DNA of 64,000 bases from Adineta vaga (lineage: Eukaryota; Animalia; Rotifera), in assembly GCA_021613535.1 (NCBI GenBank), contig CP075492.1, positions 7,316,001 to 7,380,000 of the forward strand. The letters run 5' to 3'. Positions 37,370-52,300 of this stretch are shown here, piece by piece. The notes below the pieces were generated by a model. The model made no database searches. It was not told the origin of the DNA and worked only from the letters and a program-made list of their open reading frames with translations. Positions within the stretch are counted from its first letter, which is position 1, and each line of letters opens with the position of its first letter. A program made the position numbers and the translations under genes.

Positions 37370-40300
37370 ATGGCCACAATGCATGATTCTTCGACATCGC
37401 CTATAGTCAATGCAACTAAAACTAAATCAATACATTATCTAAGTCGAAGTCTTGAACGTGCACTAGATGAAGCAACTTATACAGGTGAACTTATTTTGAA
37501 TGGACGAAAACTTCGCGAATTTCCGAATTATTCCTATTCAAATAATAAATGTGATCTATCTGATACTATCACTGCTGGTATGAAGATTTTCTTTGTTGAT
37601 ATAGAAGAAAATTCATTGTTTTTGTATTCGTAGATTTATCTCGTAATCATTTTGTTGAATTTCCACGAATATTATGTTCATTTTTTTCACTCGAACGTCT
37701 TAATTTATATCACAATGCAATCAAATCAATTCCCGAACAAATTGCTCAAATTCATTTATTGAAAGTGCTTGATCTAAGGTTTATCTTCGTCATACGATTC
37801 TTTTCCTTCATATTAATTCTTGTACAATTTTAGTCGAAATCAATTGGCATATATTCCTTCATCATTATGCAAACTATCAAATTTAGAAGTTTTAATTGTC
37901 AACAATAATAAATTGATTTCATTACCGGAAGAAATCGGTCAATTAGAACGATTAGTCGAACTAGTATGAGTTTTTTAAAATTATTTATAAATCTCTTGGA
38001 GAATTTTCATCTTTCAAATAGGATGTCAGTTCGAATGATATTAATCAAATTCCACATCAAATTGGCACTTTAGTATCACTTCGAACGTTGAATCTTCATC
38101 GAAATATGATCACTGAATTACCAGCAGGTAAATAGAGAAATCAATTTCTTTTTCACATATTTCAAATAGTCTTTCATTCAGTTGAATTCTTTGACTTTTT
38201 TTCGAAGTAAGGTATGGCTCACAAACCCTAATGCTTCAATTTTTTTTTAAAAAGAGAAAAATTTCCTTTTGCACGTTTTGGTTTTTTTTCGAAATTTGAT
38301 CATTTCGACAGTGTTCATGCAATTATTTTTCTACTTTAGAAATATGTCATTTGAAATTGACGAATTTTGATTGTTCCTTCAATCGAATTACTCGTTTACC
38401 ATTGAATCTTCGAGAAATGGTCAGTTTGATTGAATTTAATGTAGAAAATAATCCAATAGAAAGTCCACCGGCATCGGTAAAATCGAAAAGAAGTTTATGA
38501 TTCTAAAAAGATTTCACTTCTCCTTTTCAGGTATGTACACTTGGTTTGTTACATATCATGCGTTTTCTTCTGGTCGAAGCTATGAAAGAAGAAAAACGAC
38601 GTGGATTATTAACAGAAAATGAAATCAATACAAAATATCGAAATTCATTTTCATATCAAGGATCAAGGTAATTTCATCGATAATTTAAAAAGAAAATTCC
38701 TTAGGCAAGGACAATTGTTCATGAGTTCGATAATAACATGTCAATTAAACTAATACCTTACAGAATAAGATTTTCTTTAAATAGCAGTCACATCTATTAA
38801 TAATAAACTAGAGAAGAAGAAATTTGCATAAATTCATTTATAATTATTTGGATGAATGAATTTATTATATTTTCATTTCCCATGAGAATATTATTTCTAA
38901 TATATCAATTAATTAAAAACATTTTTCTTTTATATAGGATATATCGAACAGCACTTTAAATTTGAAAGATATTAGAAAAAAAAAGATTTCTAACGCTCAT
39001 TATTTATCTTCTAACTGCTTATTTTGTTTACATTTTAATAGATATTAATTTGTATTTTTTTTCCTCGAAAAATATTCTTGATTCTCCGATTTTCTGCATA
39101 CATTTATATATATGTGTATATATGAAATAAATAAAAAGGAAACTATCTGCTTTTTTTTAGACATTTACAATGTGGAACACATTAAGGAAAACAGTGGTGC
39201 CATCCGATTCAGGTTATTTAACAACTGAAAGCAGTGAAAAAACTCTTGGCGATGTAAATAAACCTATGCTTCATTGCTTTTTGTCTGTGTTTATTTGATG
39301 TTCATCATTCTTCTAGGATGATTCTATCATAAGTATGCCAAATGACCAATCGCTTCGTAGTGAACCTACCTTAATGCTTACCCTTGCTGATGAATTTTCT
39401 AAAGTATTATTTCATTCAATTTAGTTTTCATAAGCATCTAATTCCTTTTCGTTCTGTTAAAATAGGAATTAGCAAGGCAAAAAACGGACTATGATAAAAA
39501 GAAATGTCAAGCACATCAATTAAAAATGCATTTATTACAACAATTAGGAGAGACAGAAAGTCAAGTAAGATTTCTATTTGAATTGATTGAGTAGATTTTT
39601 GTTTTTTTGATATAGAGAGCAAAAACTCGAGAATTAGCACGACGAACACATGATGAAAAATTAGCTAAAATGGAAAAACAACGTGAAGATGCACGACGAA
39701 AAATGGAGAACAGGTAGATCAGTTATACTTACTTCTCTTCTATACATTTTTATCATTTTGATATGTTTCTATTTAGTAAAAGTATTCATTTATTGAATTT
39801 TTCGTCGAAAGAACGTCCTTGGCAATTAACCAGACAAGCATCTACTGGTGAATCGGAAATATTGAATAATTATAATTCATATCAACGTTCAATGTCAATC
39901 GATAATGCCACAGTTGGTGATCTATTATTACGTTCCAATCGTGCTGTTAGTGTTGAACCTAATTCGATTGCTGGTGGTAATGATATGAAATTGAATAATG
40001 GACATTATCGACATTATCTTATTCAACAAAAATCTTTACCAAATGGATCAATAAGTTCACATGAGAGTTCAACGACAATCAATAGACAATTTACAAGTTC
40101 AGATACAATAAATCAGTTAAAGTAATGAACATTGTTTTTGTCGAGGAAAATGAATAGTCATCGATATTTGTATTTTAGAATATCGTCACAAAATGTGAAT
40201 TACGATTCACTGGTAAGTTAAAGAAGAAATATTTTTGAAAGATAAAATTTATGTACATATTTACACAGGATGATTTGCAGTATAGTCATTTTGAAGAAAG

Positions 40301-41546
40301 TCAATTAGCAAAACTAAAGTATTGTGATGAATCTACAATCAATGTAAGTGAAGTTTATTGGATACGGTAATTCTCACTTTATCGTTTTCTCTAGTATGAT
40401 GGAATGACATCGGAATTTTACAAGTCGATGAAAGGTAACTTTATTTAATCAAATCTGTAGGAGACGTATCATTACGAATGTTAGGTTCAGTGATGAAAAA
40501 TGGTCACCATATACCAACTGATAGTTCAACATTTCCTATGCGTCGACATATACTTCATACAAAAGAAGATAATATTCAATTAGAACAAATGAAAAAGGTT
40601 TGACAAATTCTCTTTTATTTGTATTGAAAAAATTTAAAGAATTTGAACAAAGAAACATTGTAGTGATTATGTATTTTCATTGATAGATCATTGAAGAACG
40701 TTTAAAAGTGACATTACCCAATGATATAGCATATGCATTGAGTGATGGTGTTGTTCTCTGTCATTTTATTAATCAAATTCGGCCACGTTCTGTTCAAAGT
40801 ATTCATGTACCTTCTCAAGCAGTCGTAAGATTTTTCTTATTTATCCAGTTTCTAATCAAACTCTTCTCGTTCATTCTCTTAGCCCAAACTCTCCTTAGCG
40901 AAATGTCGACGTAATGTCGAAAATTTCATCGAAGCAAGTCGTCGAATTGGTGTTCCTGAGGTAAGAAGCCGTTTTCTTTATTTGACTTGAGTGACTTAGC
41001 ACGTGCTTGATTCTGTTTTTACTTTTTGATTACTACGCATGATTTAAAAAAAAAACTAAATTAACTAAATAATTTTGCATGATTTTTGCGTGTGTTTTTA
41101 TAGCCATGTCTTACTAAACTAACTGATATCATCATCCTGAATGATCCAATCAATGCTAATGAAAAACAACAGCTTGGTTTATTTCATTTATTTTTAACAA
41201 TAAATTATCTTGAATTAATCTTTTTAAATAATCCCGAATATTATACAAAGAATTACAATTCTTCATCTGATAAAACTATTGCTAATTTTCTTCTTGTCTT
41301 TCTTGCTCTAATTAGTTTCTTATTTGCTTATTATCACAATTATTTCTAAGATATTTCTTTTGCACTTACTTTATTTCTATGTCCGGTGTGTCTTGTCTTG
41401 TTGTTTCGGTGTTGTCTTTGCAATTTATACTCTAGGTCAATATATGTTCTGCTCAAAATATCATCGACGAAGAAAATACGGTGCATCTCGCACGTCATAT
41501 TCATTCATTAGTTACTCCCGAAGCTTATGAGCAAACTAATGTTTAA
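37370..41546 (+). CDS. LRCH: Leucine-rich repeat and calponin-homology domain protein, multi-exon, with two alternative last exons
   Basis: RSLERALDEATYTGELILNGRKLREFP, LRR exons (DLSRNHF, LNLYHNAI) and CH domain (ALSDGVVLCHFINQIRPRSVQSIHVPS...KCRRNVENFIEASRRIGVPE). Confidence 0.93.
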
Positions 41547-41769
41547 ATGAATTCAATTATGGCATCTAATGTCGGTCTTTTTAATGTGTTCTTTTTTTGT
41601 TTTTGTTCGTGAGCAATATTCAGTATGTGTGCGTTGTTTTTTTTGTGAAACTTTGAATTATGTATATGAATTTCAAAAAAAAGAAAGAAGATCGAGAAAG
41701 ACCATGTGCTTTTCTCTAAAAAACGATTGTACGATTATTAGAATTTTTGTTTGGATTTTGTAGATAAGA

Positions 41770-42538
41770 ATGAGTTTTACAAAAGATACGAAACTACCGA
41801 GTTATGAAGATTTGGAATGTCCCGTTGTAAATGTTTCATCGCCAGCATTACGAGCTGGAAGTTTTCATTTGGCGAAATATTGCGATTTACAATTTAAGGT
41901 TTGCTTACAATATAGATGATGATATTTATATATGTATATTTGTTTTTGAATTTCTAGGAATTCATGTTATGTCGACAAGTATGCAATGGAATTTTTTTAA
42001 CTATAGTTAATACTTGTCGTGCTTTTTTGTTTTTTCGTTTGTAGGAAGAGCAAGATCCACGTAAATGTTTAAATGAAGGCAAAGATGTTTCATTATGTGC
42101 TACTGATTTCTTTCGTAAAGTACGTGATACATGTAATGATACATTTACTACATTCTGGACATGTCTTGATAATGCTCGTGAAGGTGAAATGGGATTTCAA
42201 TAGTATGTTGATTTCTATATCTTATCTATGGAAATAAATAAAAGAAGTTTATTTTTAGTTGTAAACAAGAACAGCGTGCATTTGAACAATGTGCTAAAGA
42301 TAAAATGAATTTAGAACGACCAGAAGCAGGTTATTTTTCAATGGTGCGTATGCATGATACCAAACGACCAGTTCCATCGGATCCATTTCGTGTTGGTTCA
42401 GTGGAACGACATCCACCAAAATTAGATATACCAAATCCACCAACTCTCTCTCAAGCCAATGAATATCCAGAAGCAAGAATTGGAATGAAATTCGGATCAC
42501 GAAAGCCCTGGATGTTCGAAGCAAAACTATGGGATTGA
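41770..42538 (+). CDS. NDUFA8: NADH dehydrogenase 1 alpha subcomplex subunit 8
   Basis: LPSYEDL...VSSPALRAGSFHLAKYC|EFMLCRQ|EEQDPRKCLNEGKDVSLC, CX9C motifs, LERPEAGYFS. Includes a 21-nt microexon near 41958. Confidence 0.93.
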
Positions 42539-42713
42539 ACTAAAAAGAGAGAACTTTTTTCTTTTTCAACAGTTAGTGTTTAGTTTCAAATGACGGTTTT
42601 CTTTTCTTTTGCGTCCTTTTGTTCCTCTCCGATACTTTTATTTTCAAGTTATATGATGTTCTCTTATCAATATAGGAGAAAACTTTCCCATAGTACATTT
42701 GAATCTATTATAG

Positions 42714-44170
42714 ATGCCTAAAGTAACGAAATTAAAAGCAACACAAAATGTTGCACCAAAACGTGAACTCATCAAAGATAATACAGATGAAAACGAAGAA
42801 ACGAAACCAATTATTACAATTGTGGATAAAGCTCAAACAAAAAAACGAAAAGCTTCTACTTCACCCAATAAAGTAAGATTTAATACTGTTCGATATTTAC
42901 GATAAATAATGTTTCTGTACAGAAAGCAAAAAAGACTATGTCAACGAAAGAAGATGATAATGTGGAAAATGCAGAAGAAGTTGGTAATAATACAAAACAA
43001 CAAACTACAATGACGCTGCAAACATCTGATCGTCTATCATGTAGTGGTGAAAAGCCGACATTAAAATTGGCATCATGGAATATTAACGGAATTCGTGCAT
43101 GGATTACAAATGGTGGATTAAAGTATATTGAAAAAGAACAACCAGATATAATTTGTTTCCAAGTAAAAACTGTCTTCAATCTCTTTTTTGATTTTGTCTA
43201 ATCATCGTAATTTAAGGAGTTGAAATGTGATAAAGATAAAATTCCTGTTCAAGCTACACCTTCTGGTTATAAATCATATTGGCTTTCTGGTGATCAAGGT
43301 ACATATTCTTTTCGTGGAAAAGAACATTTCACAATCGTTTTCTTGCCCTGCTTTAGCTGGTTATTCCGGTGTTGGTTTATTAACAAAAGTCGATCCAATC
43401 GATGTCAAATTTGGTATTGGTATCGCTGAACATGATACTGAAGGACGTGTCATTACTGCTGAATACGAAAAATTCTATCTCATTATCTCATATATACCTA
43501 ATAGTGGTCGTAAACTAGTACGTCTATCATATCGACAAAAATTTAATCAAGCATTTCATTCGTATTTGAAAGAAATGGAGAAGAAAAAACCAGTAATATG
43601 GTAAAAACAAAATCTATGAAAAATAACAAAAAAAAACTATGAAGAAATTCCTTACAGGTGTGGCGATTTGAATGTATCACATCAAAGTATTGATTTAACA
43701 AATCCAAAAACGAATACTAAAACAGCAGGTTTTACTAAAGAAGAACGAGATGATTTTTCAAAAATTCTTAATGATGGATTCATCGATTCATGTAAGTACA
43801 TGTCTGAAAGTTACTCCTAAACTTTTGTTCCTTTTGAATCATCTTAAATCATGAAAAATATTTTAAATACTTGCCGATTCTAATCCTCAATCAGAGTATT
43901 GACTTTGCAACTACTTTATCTTGGTTTCAGTTTCAAAAAATAGGTCATTCTTCATTCATTAATTATTTAGTTCGCTATCTTTATCCTGATAAACGCGATG
44001 CATATACTTATTGGGCTTATTTTCGAAATGCTCGTCAACGAAATATTGGTTGGCGTTTGGATTATTTCATTTTATCATCTAGTCTTCAAGAATCTATCTG
44101 CGATTTTATCATACAAAATGGTGTCTTTGGATCAGATCATTGTCCAATAGTTTTATTATTGGCTGTTTAA
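42714..44170 (+). CDS. APEX1: AP endonuclease (ExoIII family)
   Basis: [75 protein letters not shown]. Confidence 0.96.
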
Positions 44171-45880
44171 ATCAATTGTATATTAGTCAGATAATTCCAA
44201 AAAAAAACATTTCTCTTTCTTTCTTTTTTGTTGATTAATGAAATAACAAAGTCAGATTCGATATTAAACTCTCTCTCCATATATATTTTTTTTTCAGATA
44301 TGATTACGATAATATTGATCAGAAAAGAATAAGCAAGCTCAAGTGTTCAGATTGCATGCTATCTCTGAACACGCTAACGGCAATGATTATCATGAAGATG
44401 GTGAAGAAAAAGAATAGAAGATATGAAGGTATTGTTACATCTCTAGATTATTTTATTCAATTATTCGAAAGCACGACAGTCAGTACATGTTTGCTTTCTC
44501 TATGCATTTTTGAATAAACTCAACCTGAAAGGTCGGACTTGATTGAAAACGGAACCTATTCACACTGAAGAAACTCGATCGTTAGAAAAATATGAATGTT
44601 AAGAAAACTTTGTGATGAAATATGTTTATCACTCTGTTTTCATTCTCTTTCTTAAGTATGGCTGTAGATTGTATATTAGTTTCCTTTCCATTTAGATTTC
44701 TTTGATTCTGATCGCCATTATTCACATGATACTTCCTTATAGAATAGATTGCTGACAACTAAAAGTACTGTCGGAAGAAATAACAAAACAGCGCGTTCTT
44801 TCTTTCTGTTCTTCGTTTGTCAAAATAGATAACGATTCATATACCCATTACATTTAGCTTTATTGAATAGAACAAAAACAAAACACATACACACAAAGTT
44901 TTCCACTTGATCTCCATCTATTTGAGATTTAATTGCATATTTTATCTATTTTGACAAGAGCAATTCGATTAGATGAAATACAAGTTCGTTCGTTTCTATT
45001 CCAATTGAAACTTCTTTCAGGTTTTCATTTACGTCATTTGGGAAATCTCAAATGTTCAATCGGTTAGAGTAACGTTATTATCTTGATTGATGCTTTTATG
45101 TCTTTATCGTTAAAAATATCAGCATATGTGACAGGAAAAAAAATTAATATTCACCGAGTTTTCTTTTCTTTCTTTCTCTTGCGATCTGAACGTGCCTTTT
45201 CTTTCATTTTTCAAACTTAGAAATCAAAGAACGTCTTCTATACTTCACAACAAATATTCTTATAAGTGGAGAAGAAAATTGAATCGAGTGAGTAATATCA
45301 AACTATTAAATAATCGTCTTGAAATAGTTCCACTTACTGATTAATGGATTAATTATTTGTTTTCCAATCTTTACATAAAAGATAGATACATTGGTATATG
45401 TATGAACTTTATCTATCCATCTATCTATCTAAAAAATTATTGTTTAGATCAATTTAGAGTTAATCTGATTAGTTAACCGTTATCTATTTATTGATCAAAA
45501 ATGACATATATACTTAGCATTATATCTATAAATAGTTACATATTGATTTTCCGTTATGATAAAATTGTAGTTGTCATTTGTTCTCTCAGCCTTTTTTTTT
45601 ATACTTGTTTGAACAAGGATAAAATAGACAATCATAAAATAAGAGCAACTAAAGAAAATATTTGCATCTGAATTGGAATACTATTCGTAGGAATAATTAT
45701 TCAATATCTTGGACAATCATTAGTTTTATGAAAAGATAGAGCCTAAGTATGTTTAGGCAAATCGTTTAAGTGTTAATATTGGACGATCGTTTCATTCAAC
45801 GGGCACCAATGACGGAAGACACATCGACTTCATTCATCGTCGGTATTCATCTACTTGAGAGAAGGCGAAAAAGCAAGAAA

Positions 45881-45903
45881 GAGAGAGAGAGAGAGAGAGA
45901 GAG
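45881..45903. repeat. (GA)n microsatellite upstream of the NCS gene
   Basis: gagagagaga... tract followed by a purine-rich run. Confidence 0.85.
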
Positions 45904-46130
45904 CGGGAGAGAGAGAAGGAGAGAAATAGAGCGAAGAAGAAAGAAATAGAGAGGGAGGAGATCTTTATCGTTCCTGGCAATTTCCGTTTTTTTTTGTATT
46001 TATGCCATTTTCATATATTTATGATTTTTCCGAACGATTGAATCAAATATCGAAGTTTAATCTTGCATTACAGTTGATTTTTTTTTCTTAGTCTTTTATT
46101 CTTCATCGCACATGATTTCAACTGTTGTTG

Positions 46131-46921
46131 ATGGGCTGTACGAGCTCGAAGCATGAACTATCACCTGAGGACTTGCGATTTTTAAAATCTCATACAACAT
46201 ATTCGGAAAAGAAAATAAAAAGTTGGTACAACGGTTTTATGGTAAGAATATCAATTTTTTCAAAGTTTTTTCTTTATTTCAATTCAATTGGAACTTGTTC
46301 TAGAGAGATTGTCCAAATGGTGAATTGACACGCGAGTCCTTTATTCAAATCTATAAGCAATTTTTTCCAAAAGGACGTGCCGAAAATTTTTGTGAGCATG
46401 TCTTTCGTGCATTTGATTCGGGTAAAATCTATGGCAACTAATTGAATCTATTTTTCTCTTTTGATTCTATTATTTAGATAATAGTGGGAAAATTGATTTT
46501 AAAGAATTTTTACAAGCAATTAATATAACATCCCAAGGAACTCCTGATAGAAAACTAGATATGGCTTTTCGTATGTATGATTGTAATGGCGATGGATCAA
46601 TTGATGAAGCTGAAATGCGACGAATTATTAGTGTATGTATTACAGAAAGATATTGAAATAAATATTTCTTGTTGTTATTGACATATTTAGGCTATTTATG
46701 AATTAATTGGTGAAGATATAGAACAACCAGATCGACAAGTTGAAGCCGATGAACGTGCTATGAATATATTTCGAATGATGGATAAAAATTCTGATGGAGT
46801 ATTAAGTCGAGAAGAATTTGTCGATGGTTGTCTAAATGATGAACAATTGTATCAATTATTAACCCAATCAAGTCGATTTGGGGATAATAATCGTGGTTCA
46901 CAATCCTCAATTGATGATTAA
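46131..46921 (+). CDS. Neuronal calcium sensor (neurocalcin/NCS-2-like EF-hand protein)
   Basis: MGCTSSK myristoylation motif, [59 protein letters not shown] at 46919-46921. Confidence 0.94.
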
Positions 46922-47083
46922 TGCTGCTGCTGCTGCTTCTTCTTCTTCTTCTTTTTTTCTGTTCCTTATCTTTATTCTATTGTCTTTTGCTGTATTGGAC
47001 ATTCCTTTAGAAACATATGAGAAAAATATTAATAACTTCGTTCATTTTACTTGTAGATTAAAAGGAAAGAAAGACAAAATAAG

Positions 47084-47522
47084 ATGTCGGATAGTGTAAC
47101 ACCAGTTGTGAATGAAAATGGTTCTGATGACGAAAAAGATGAAGAACAAGTAACAAGTACGAATCAAAAGAAAGAAGATGCGAAAGTTGAAAAAGAACTC
47201 GATCGTGTTACCGACCGTGTTGATGACGAAGAAATGGGTGCAGAAAGCATTGGAAATGTAAAAGACACGAGTTTTTTCTTAAAAAAGAACTCAATCCCTA
47301 ATCTTCTTCTTCTAGGCTTTATCAGCAATCAATGACAAACGTCACCTTGATGAATCAAAACGTAAAGCTGAACAAGCTGCATTAGCGAATGTAAAAATTC
47401 GTAAAGAAGACGTGGATTTTATTGTACAAGAACTAGAATTGCCACGTTCGAAAGCAGAAAAAACTCTACGACAACATCATGGTGATGTTCTCGCAACCTT
47501 GAAAGCACTTGTGAATGCTTAA
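47084..47522 (+). CDS. HYPK: Huntingtin-interacting protein K-like
   Basis: LDRVTDRVDDEEM, then a spliced UBA-like LANVKIRKEDVDFIVQELELPRSKAEKTLRQHHGDVLATLKALVNA*. Confidence 0.88.
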
Positions 47523-49364
47523 CTAATCTTGTGATTATGTTGTTTCGTCCGATGAGAAAAAAAAACTATATATCTAAACAAGAAAAATCATTTCTCTGCC
47601 CTATAGGAACATTTTTTTTCTTTTTTTGTTGTTGTCTCGTATAAAATAAACATTCTTGATTAATTATTATTGAAGCAGAGAAAGAAAATATACCGTCATA
47701 ATGCCCTGTGGTAAATTCCAATCTGACATTGAATGTCTTGAATATTGATAAAAATGTACAGATTTATTAACTAATCGCTTAAAGTACTAATGTACGCGTT
47801 GTGCATGAAAGTGTCTCTAGATGGTCGACAGACGTGATATCTAATGTTTAATGTAAGAAATTCTGGTGATCTTCGTAGACGATTTACAAGCAGTATACTT
47901 GGACACTGTAGGTTATCGACGAATAACGAATAATATGTAAGCTAGTTCATGATTGTTGCTATTTATACTTACTCAAGTGGATGATGGAAATACTTGAATA
48001 TCATGATAATAAACTTCAAGGAAAACTCTGTAAGTGTAAGTTTGCGATCTTGAAATTTAAATGCAGAATTACATTATTGAAATATTCGAATCTTTGTCTT
48101 TAGTATTTAAAGATTACAGACCAGTGTAAAATTGAATCATTTTCTAGATGATGAATTACGTTTTATTTCTCTGAAAAGATATCAGGAAGTGTGAATAGAT
48201 CTCGCATATCAAAATTTTTCTTTTCAGATTTATGACGCTCTAATATATATTAAATGGATCATTAAACTAAATACCTGACAACAACTTATCGTCGAGTAAA
48301 AATCATTAAAGAAAATTATATAATATTTCAAAGTCACCCAATCACTTTTAGACTATTGTTAAGAGATTAATTACATATTTTCACAAACAATTTCGAAACG
48401 AGCATAGAATAGATTGATAAGATCGACTGTTACGCGAGTTGTTCAACAAACAGTAACAAGAAAACAAAATTAAACTCAAATTCAGCTGAAGAAGTTACTA
48501 TTATCTTATTCTACTTGAAATGAAGATTCTCTTCACATCTCTGAAACCATCTTGAAGGTGCGGGTGTGAGTATGAACATACACATGTCTAGAATGTGAGC
48601 GATAGTGAGAGTTTATATTCAATCAATCGACATCAAGGAAGAAGTCACAATTACGCATACATTCATTGGGAGTTACAACTATAGCTATCTTCATCTACAT
48701 TATCTTAGTAAAAGAAAGTTTTCTTTAAAATCAAAAAAGATCTTTGTCATGGTTTTTTTTAGATTTATCATATCTTTGAACCGGAAAAAGGACCAAAATC
48801 TGTGGCAAAATGTTTCCACTCCATTTCTTTTTAATAATTAACCAAATTTTTTCAAAGAAGATCTGTCCAAAAATAATACTAACGATGTAATCTCACTCTA
48901 CACACAAGTTAGGCGTATCTTAACGCGCATTGTCGAAAGCAAAAGTTCGCAAAACAGTTTGAAAAAAAATTATAACGGCGTAAAAGAAAGAGATCTTCTT
49001 CAACCTTTGGAACGAAAGAAATATCAAAATTGATTTAGTAGAATTCGAGTTACAGGCGTTTTTCTATTCAGCATCCAATAGTCTCAATCTGTTTCTCTAA
49101 AAACTCTTGCACGCATATACAAGTCGACTTGTAATGACATCTATCAAAATTGCACCATCTATCCATCTTTTATCATTGCTATTTTCATCATCCATTCTTT
49201 CTTTGTTCTCATGATTCATTCATCCTGTCTTCTTTCACAAAAAAAGACATTTAGTCGATTCTTTCTTCGTCAATCGTCGGACGTGTTTCTTACTTGATAT
49301 GCGCCATAACTTCGTGAACTTTAACAAATATTTTGTATAATTTCAGATTGACAAAACTAAAACA

Positions 49365-52300
49365 ATGAGTGACACAGAAGAACCTATGGATACAGCAAAT
49401 GATAAAAATGACTCGGAAAATACAACACCAACAAAACGTGCAGCAGTCATCAAAAGACAAAAAGAAAAACTCGAAGAAAAAAAAGATGCCGATGAATTAG
49501 AAGAAGAACTTGGAGGCGTAGACGAATTACCTGAAGGAGAAGATGAAGAAGATTCTGATCAAGAATATACAACCAAAAAGAAGAAACCAATTAAAAAACC
49601 AGAAATAGTTCTTGATCCTGCTTTTCAAAGCCGATTGGTAAGACGAAAAATAGTCAATAGATTGTTTTATTTTCAAAGTATTTTCTTTTAGAATGAAGAT
49701 CAAGTCAAACGATTCAATTATTTACTTGAACAAACTGAAATTTTCTCTCATTTCGTTCAAGATGGCCAGTTGAATAAACATACTAAAAGTGGTGGTGCAA
49801 CATCACCATTAAAAATGAAAACACAACCAAAAAAACCAACGACAACCAATACTGCTTCTATTGGAGAGTAAGTCGAATCAATGAAAAAAAAGAACTTCAT
49901 GAATTTTTCACAAAAAAATCTATATTTAGCCATCGTCATCGAATGACAGAAGAAGAAGAAGATGCTGAATTATTAAGTGATGTGAAAGAATCAGAAAAAC
50001 TCAGTTCAATAACAAGATTTGACCAATCACCATGGTGTAAGTTTCAGAAACGAATTGATCTATTACAACACGATACGATCATTTAAATGTTTTCAGATGT
50101 CAAAGGTGGTGAAATGCGTGATTATCAAATTCGTGGTTTAAATTGGATGATTTCATTACATGAAAATGGTATCAATGGTATTCTAGCCGATGAAATGGTA
50201 AAATAAGTTCTACGAATTAGTACAGGAAATATTGAATGATGTTTTTTAGGGTTTGGGTAAAACTCTTCAAACTATTTCTTTACTTGGTTATATGAAATTA
50301 TGTCGCAAAGCTGTTCCACATTTGGTTATATCACCTAAATCAACATTACGAAATTGGATGAATGAATTAAAACGTTGGGTACCATCATTAAATAGTGTTT
50401 GTTTAATTGGTTCTCAAGAAGAACGTACTCGTGTTATTCACGATGAAATTGAACCCGGTGGTTGGGATGTTCTTGTTACATCCTATGAAATTGTTTTACG
50501 TGAAGCAGCTCTTTTAAAAAAACATAATTGGTCTTATGTTGTTATTGATGAAGCTCATCGCATTAAAAATGAACAATCTAAATTGAGTAAAATGGTACGT
50601 TTACTTAAATCAACAAATCGTCTTTTAATTACTGGTACACCATTACAAAATAATCTTCATGAATTATGGGCATTATTAAATTTTCTTTTACCTGATGTCT
50701 TTGATTCTGCTGATGATTTTAATGCTTGGTTTGATACACAAAAATGTTTAGCTGATGATAAAGATCTTGTTACACGTTTACATGGCATCTTAAAACCATT
50801 TTTATTACGACGTTTGAAGAGTGATGTAGAAAAAAAACTACCACCAAAAATTGAAACGAAACTTTATGTTGGATTAGCACCTTTACAACGACAATGGTAT
50901 ACAAAAATTTTAATGAAAGATATCGATATATTGAATAGTGCAAGTGGTAAACTCGATAAAATTCGATTATTGAATATTCTCATGCAATTGAGAAAATGTG
51001 CTAATCATCCATGTAAGATTTATTTTAAAAATTGGACTTATTTCAATTTGTTCTTCTTCAGATATTTTTGATGGTGCAGAACCTGGTCCACCCTTTACAA
51101 CGGATAGACATCTAATAGATAATTGTGGCAAAATGCTTATCTTAGATAAATTATTAACGAAATTGAAAGAACAAGGTTCACGTGTATTAATTTTTAGTCA
51201 AATGACACGAATGTTAGATATCTTAGAAGATTATTGTATTTGGAAAAATTTCGAATATTGTCGATTAGATGGTCAAACCTCACATGAAGATCGACAAGCA
51301 TCTATCGATGCATATAATAGTCCAAATAGCACGAAATTTTTATTTATGCTTTCGACACGTGCTGGTGGTTTAGGTATTAATTTAGCAACAGCTGATGTTG
51401 TTGTTTTATATGATAGTGATTGGAATCCACAAGTTGATTTACAAGCTACTGATCGAGCCCATCGTATTGGTCAAACGAAAACAGTAATTTGAAAGAGTTT
51501 TTTTTTCCTTCAATATTACTATTGAGATCATTTGGTTTTAGGTTCGTGTATTTCGTTTAATAACTGAACATACTGTTGAAGAACGTATTGTTGAACGTGC
51601 TGAAATGAAATTACGTTTGGATCATGTTGTTATTCAACAAGGTCGTTTACAAGAAGCAGCAACGAAATTAGATAAAGATGAAATGTTATCTATGATTCGT
51701 CACGGGGCAACACATGTGTTTTCTTCGAAACAAGATGAAAATGAATTGGATGTTGATATTGATTTGATCTTAGCACAAGGTGAACAAAAAACGAAAGAAT
51801 TACGTGAAAAATATGAAACGATGGGTGAAGGTCAATTGAGAAAATTTACTATTGATAATGAAAATCTTAGTGGAGCCAATGGTAGTGGATCCGGTGATGG
51901 TACTGATGCTGGTGGTGGTTCAATTTATAAATTTGAAGGTGAAGATTATCGAGAAAAACAATCATCAACTCTCGGTATTAAATGGATTGAAGTAAGAGAA
52001 ATCTTGAATTGTTTTTAAAATATTAATATGAAAATAATTAATCAATTCTAGCCACCAAAACGAGAACGTAAAGCAAATTATGCTGTGGATGCGTATTTTC
52101 GTGAAGCATTACGAATGAGTGAACCACGTGCACCCAAAGCTCCTCGACCACCACGTCAACCAAATGTTCAAGATTTTCAATTTTTTCCTCCACGTCTTTT
52201 CGAATTACTTGATCGAGAAATTTATGCTTTTCGAAAATCAATTGGTTATAAAGCAGTACGTGATCCTGATCTTGATGAACAAGAAGGTAAACGACAACAA

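Noticed and set aside
47700-48900. Possible gene between HYPK and ISWI
   Set aside because: Only short ORFs with frequent stops and no recognisable motif.
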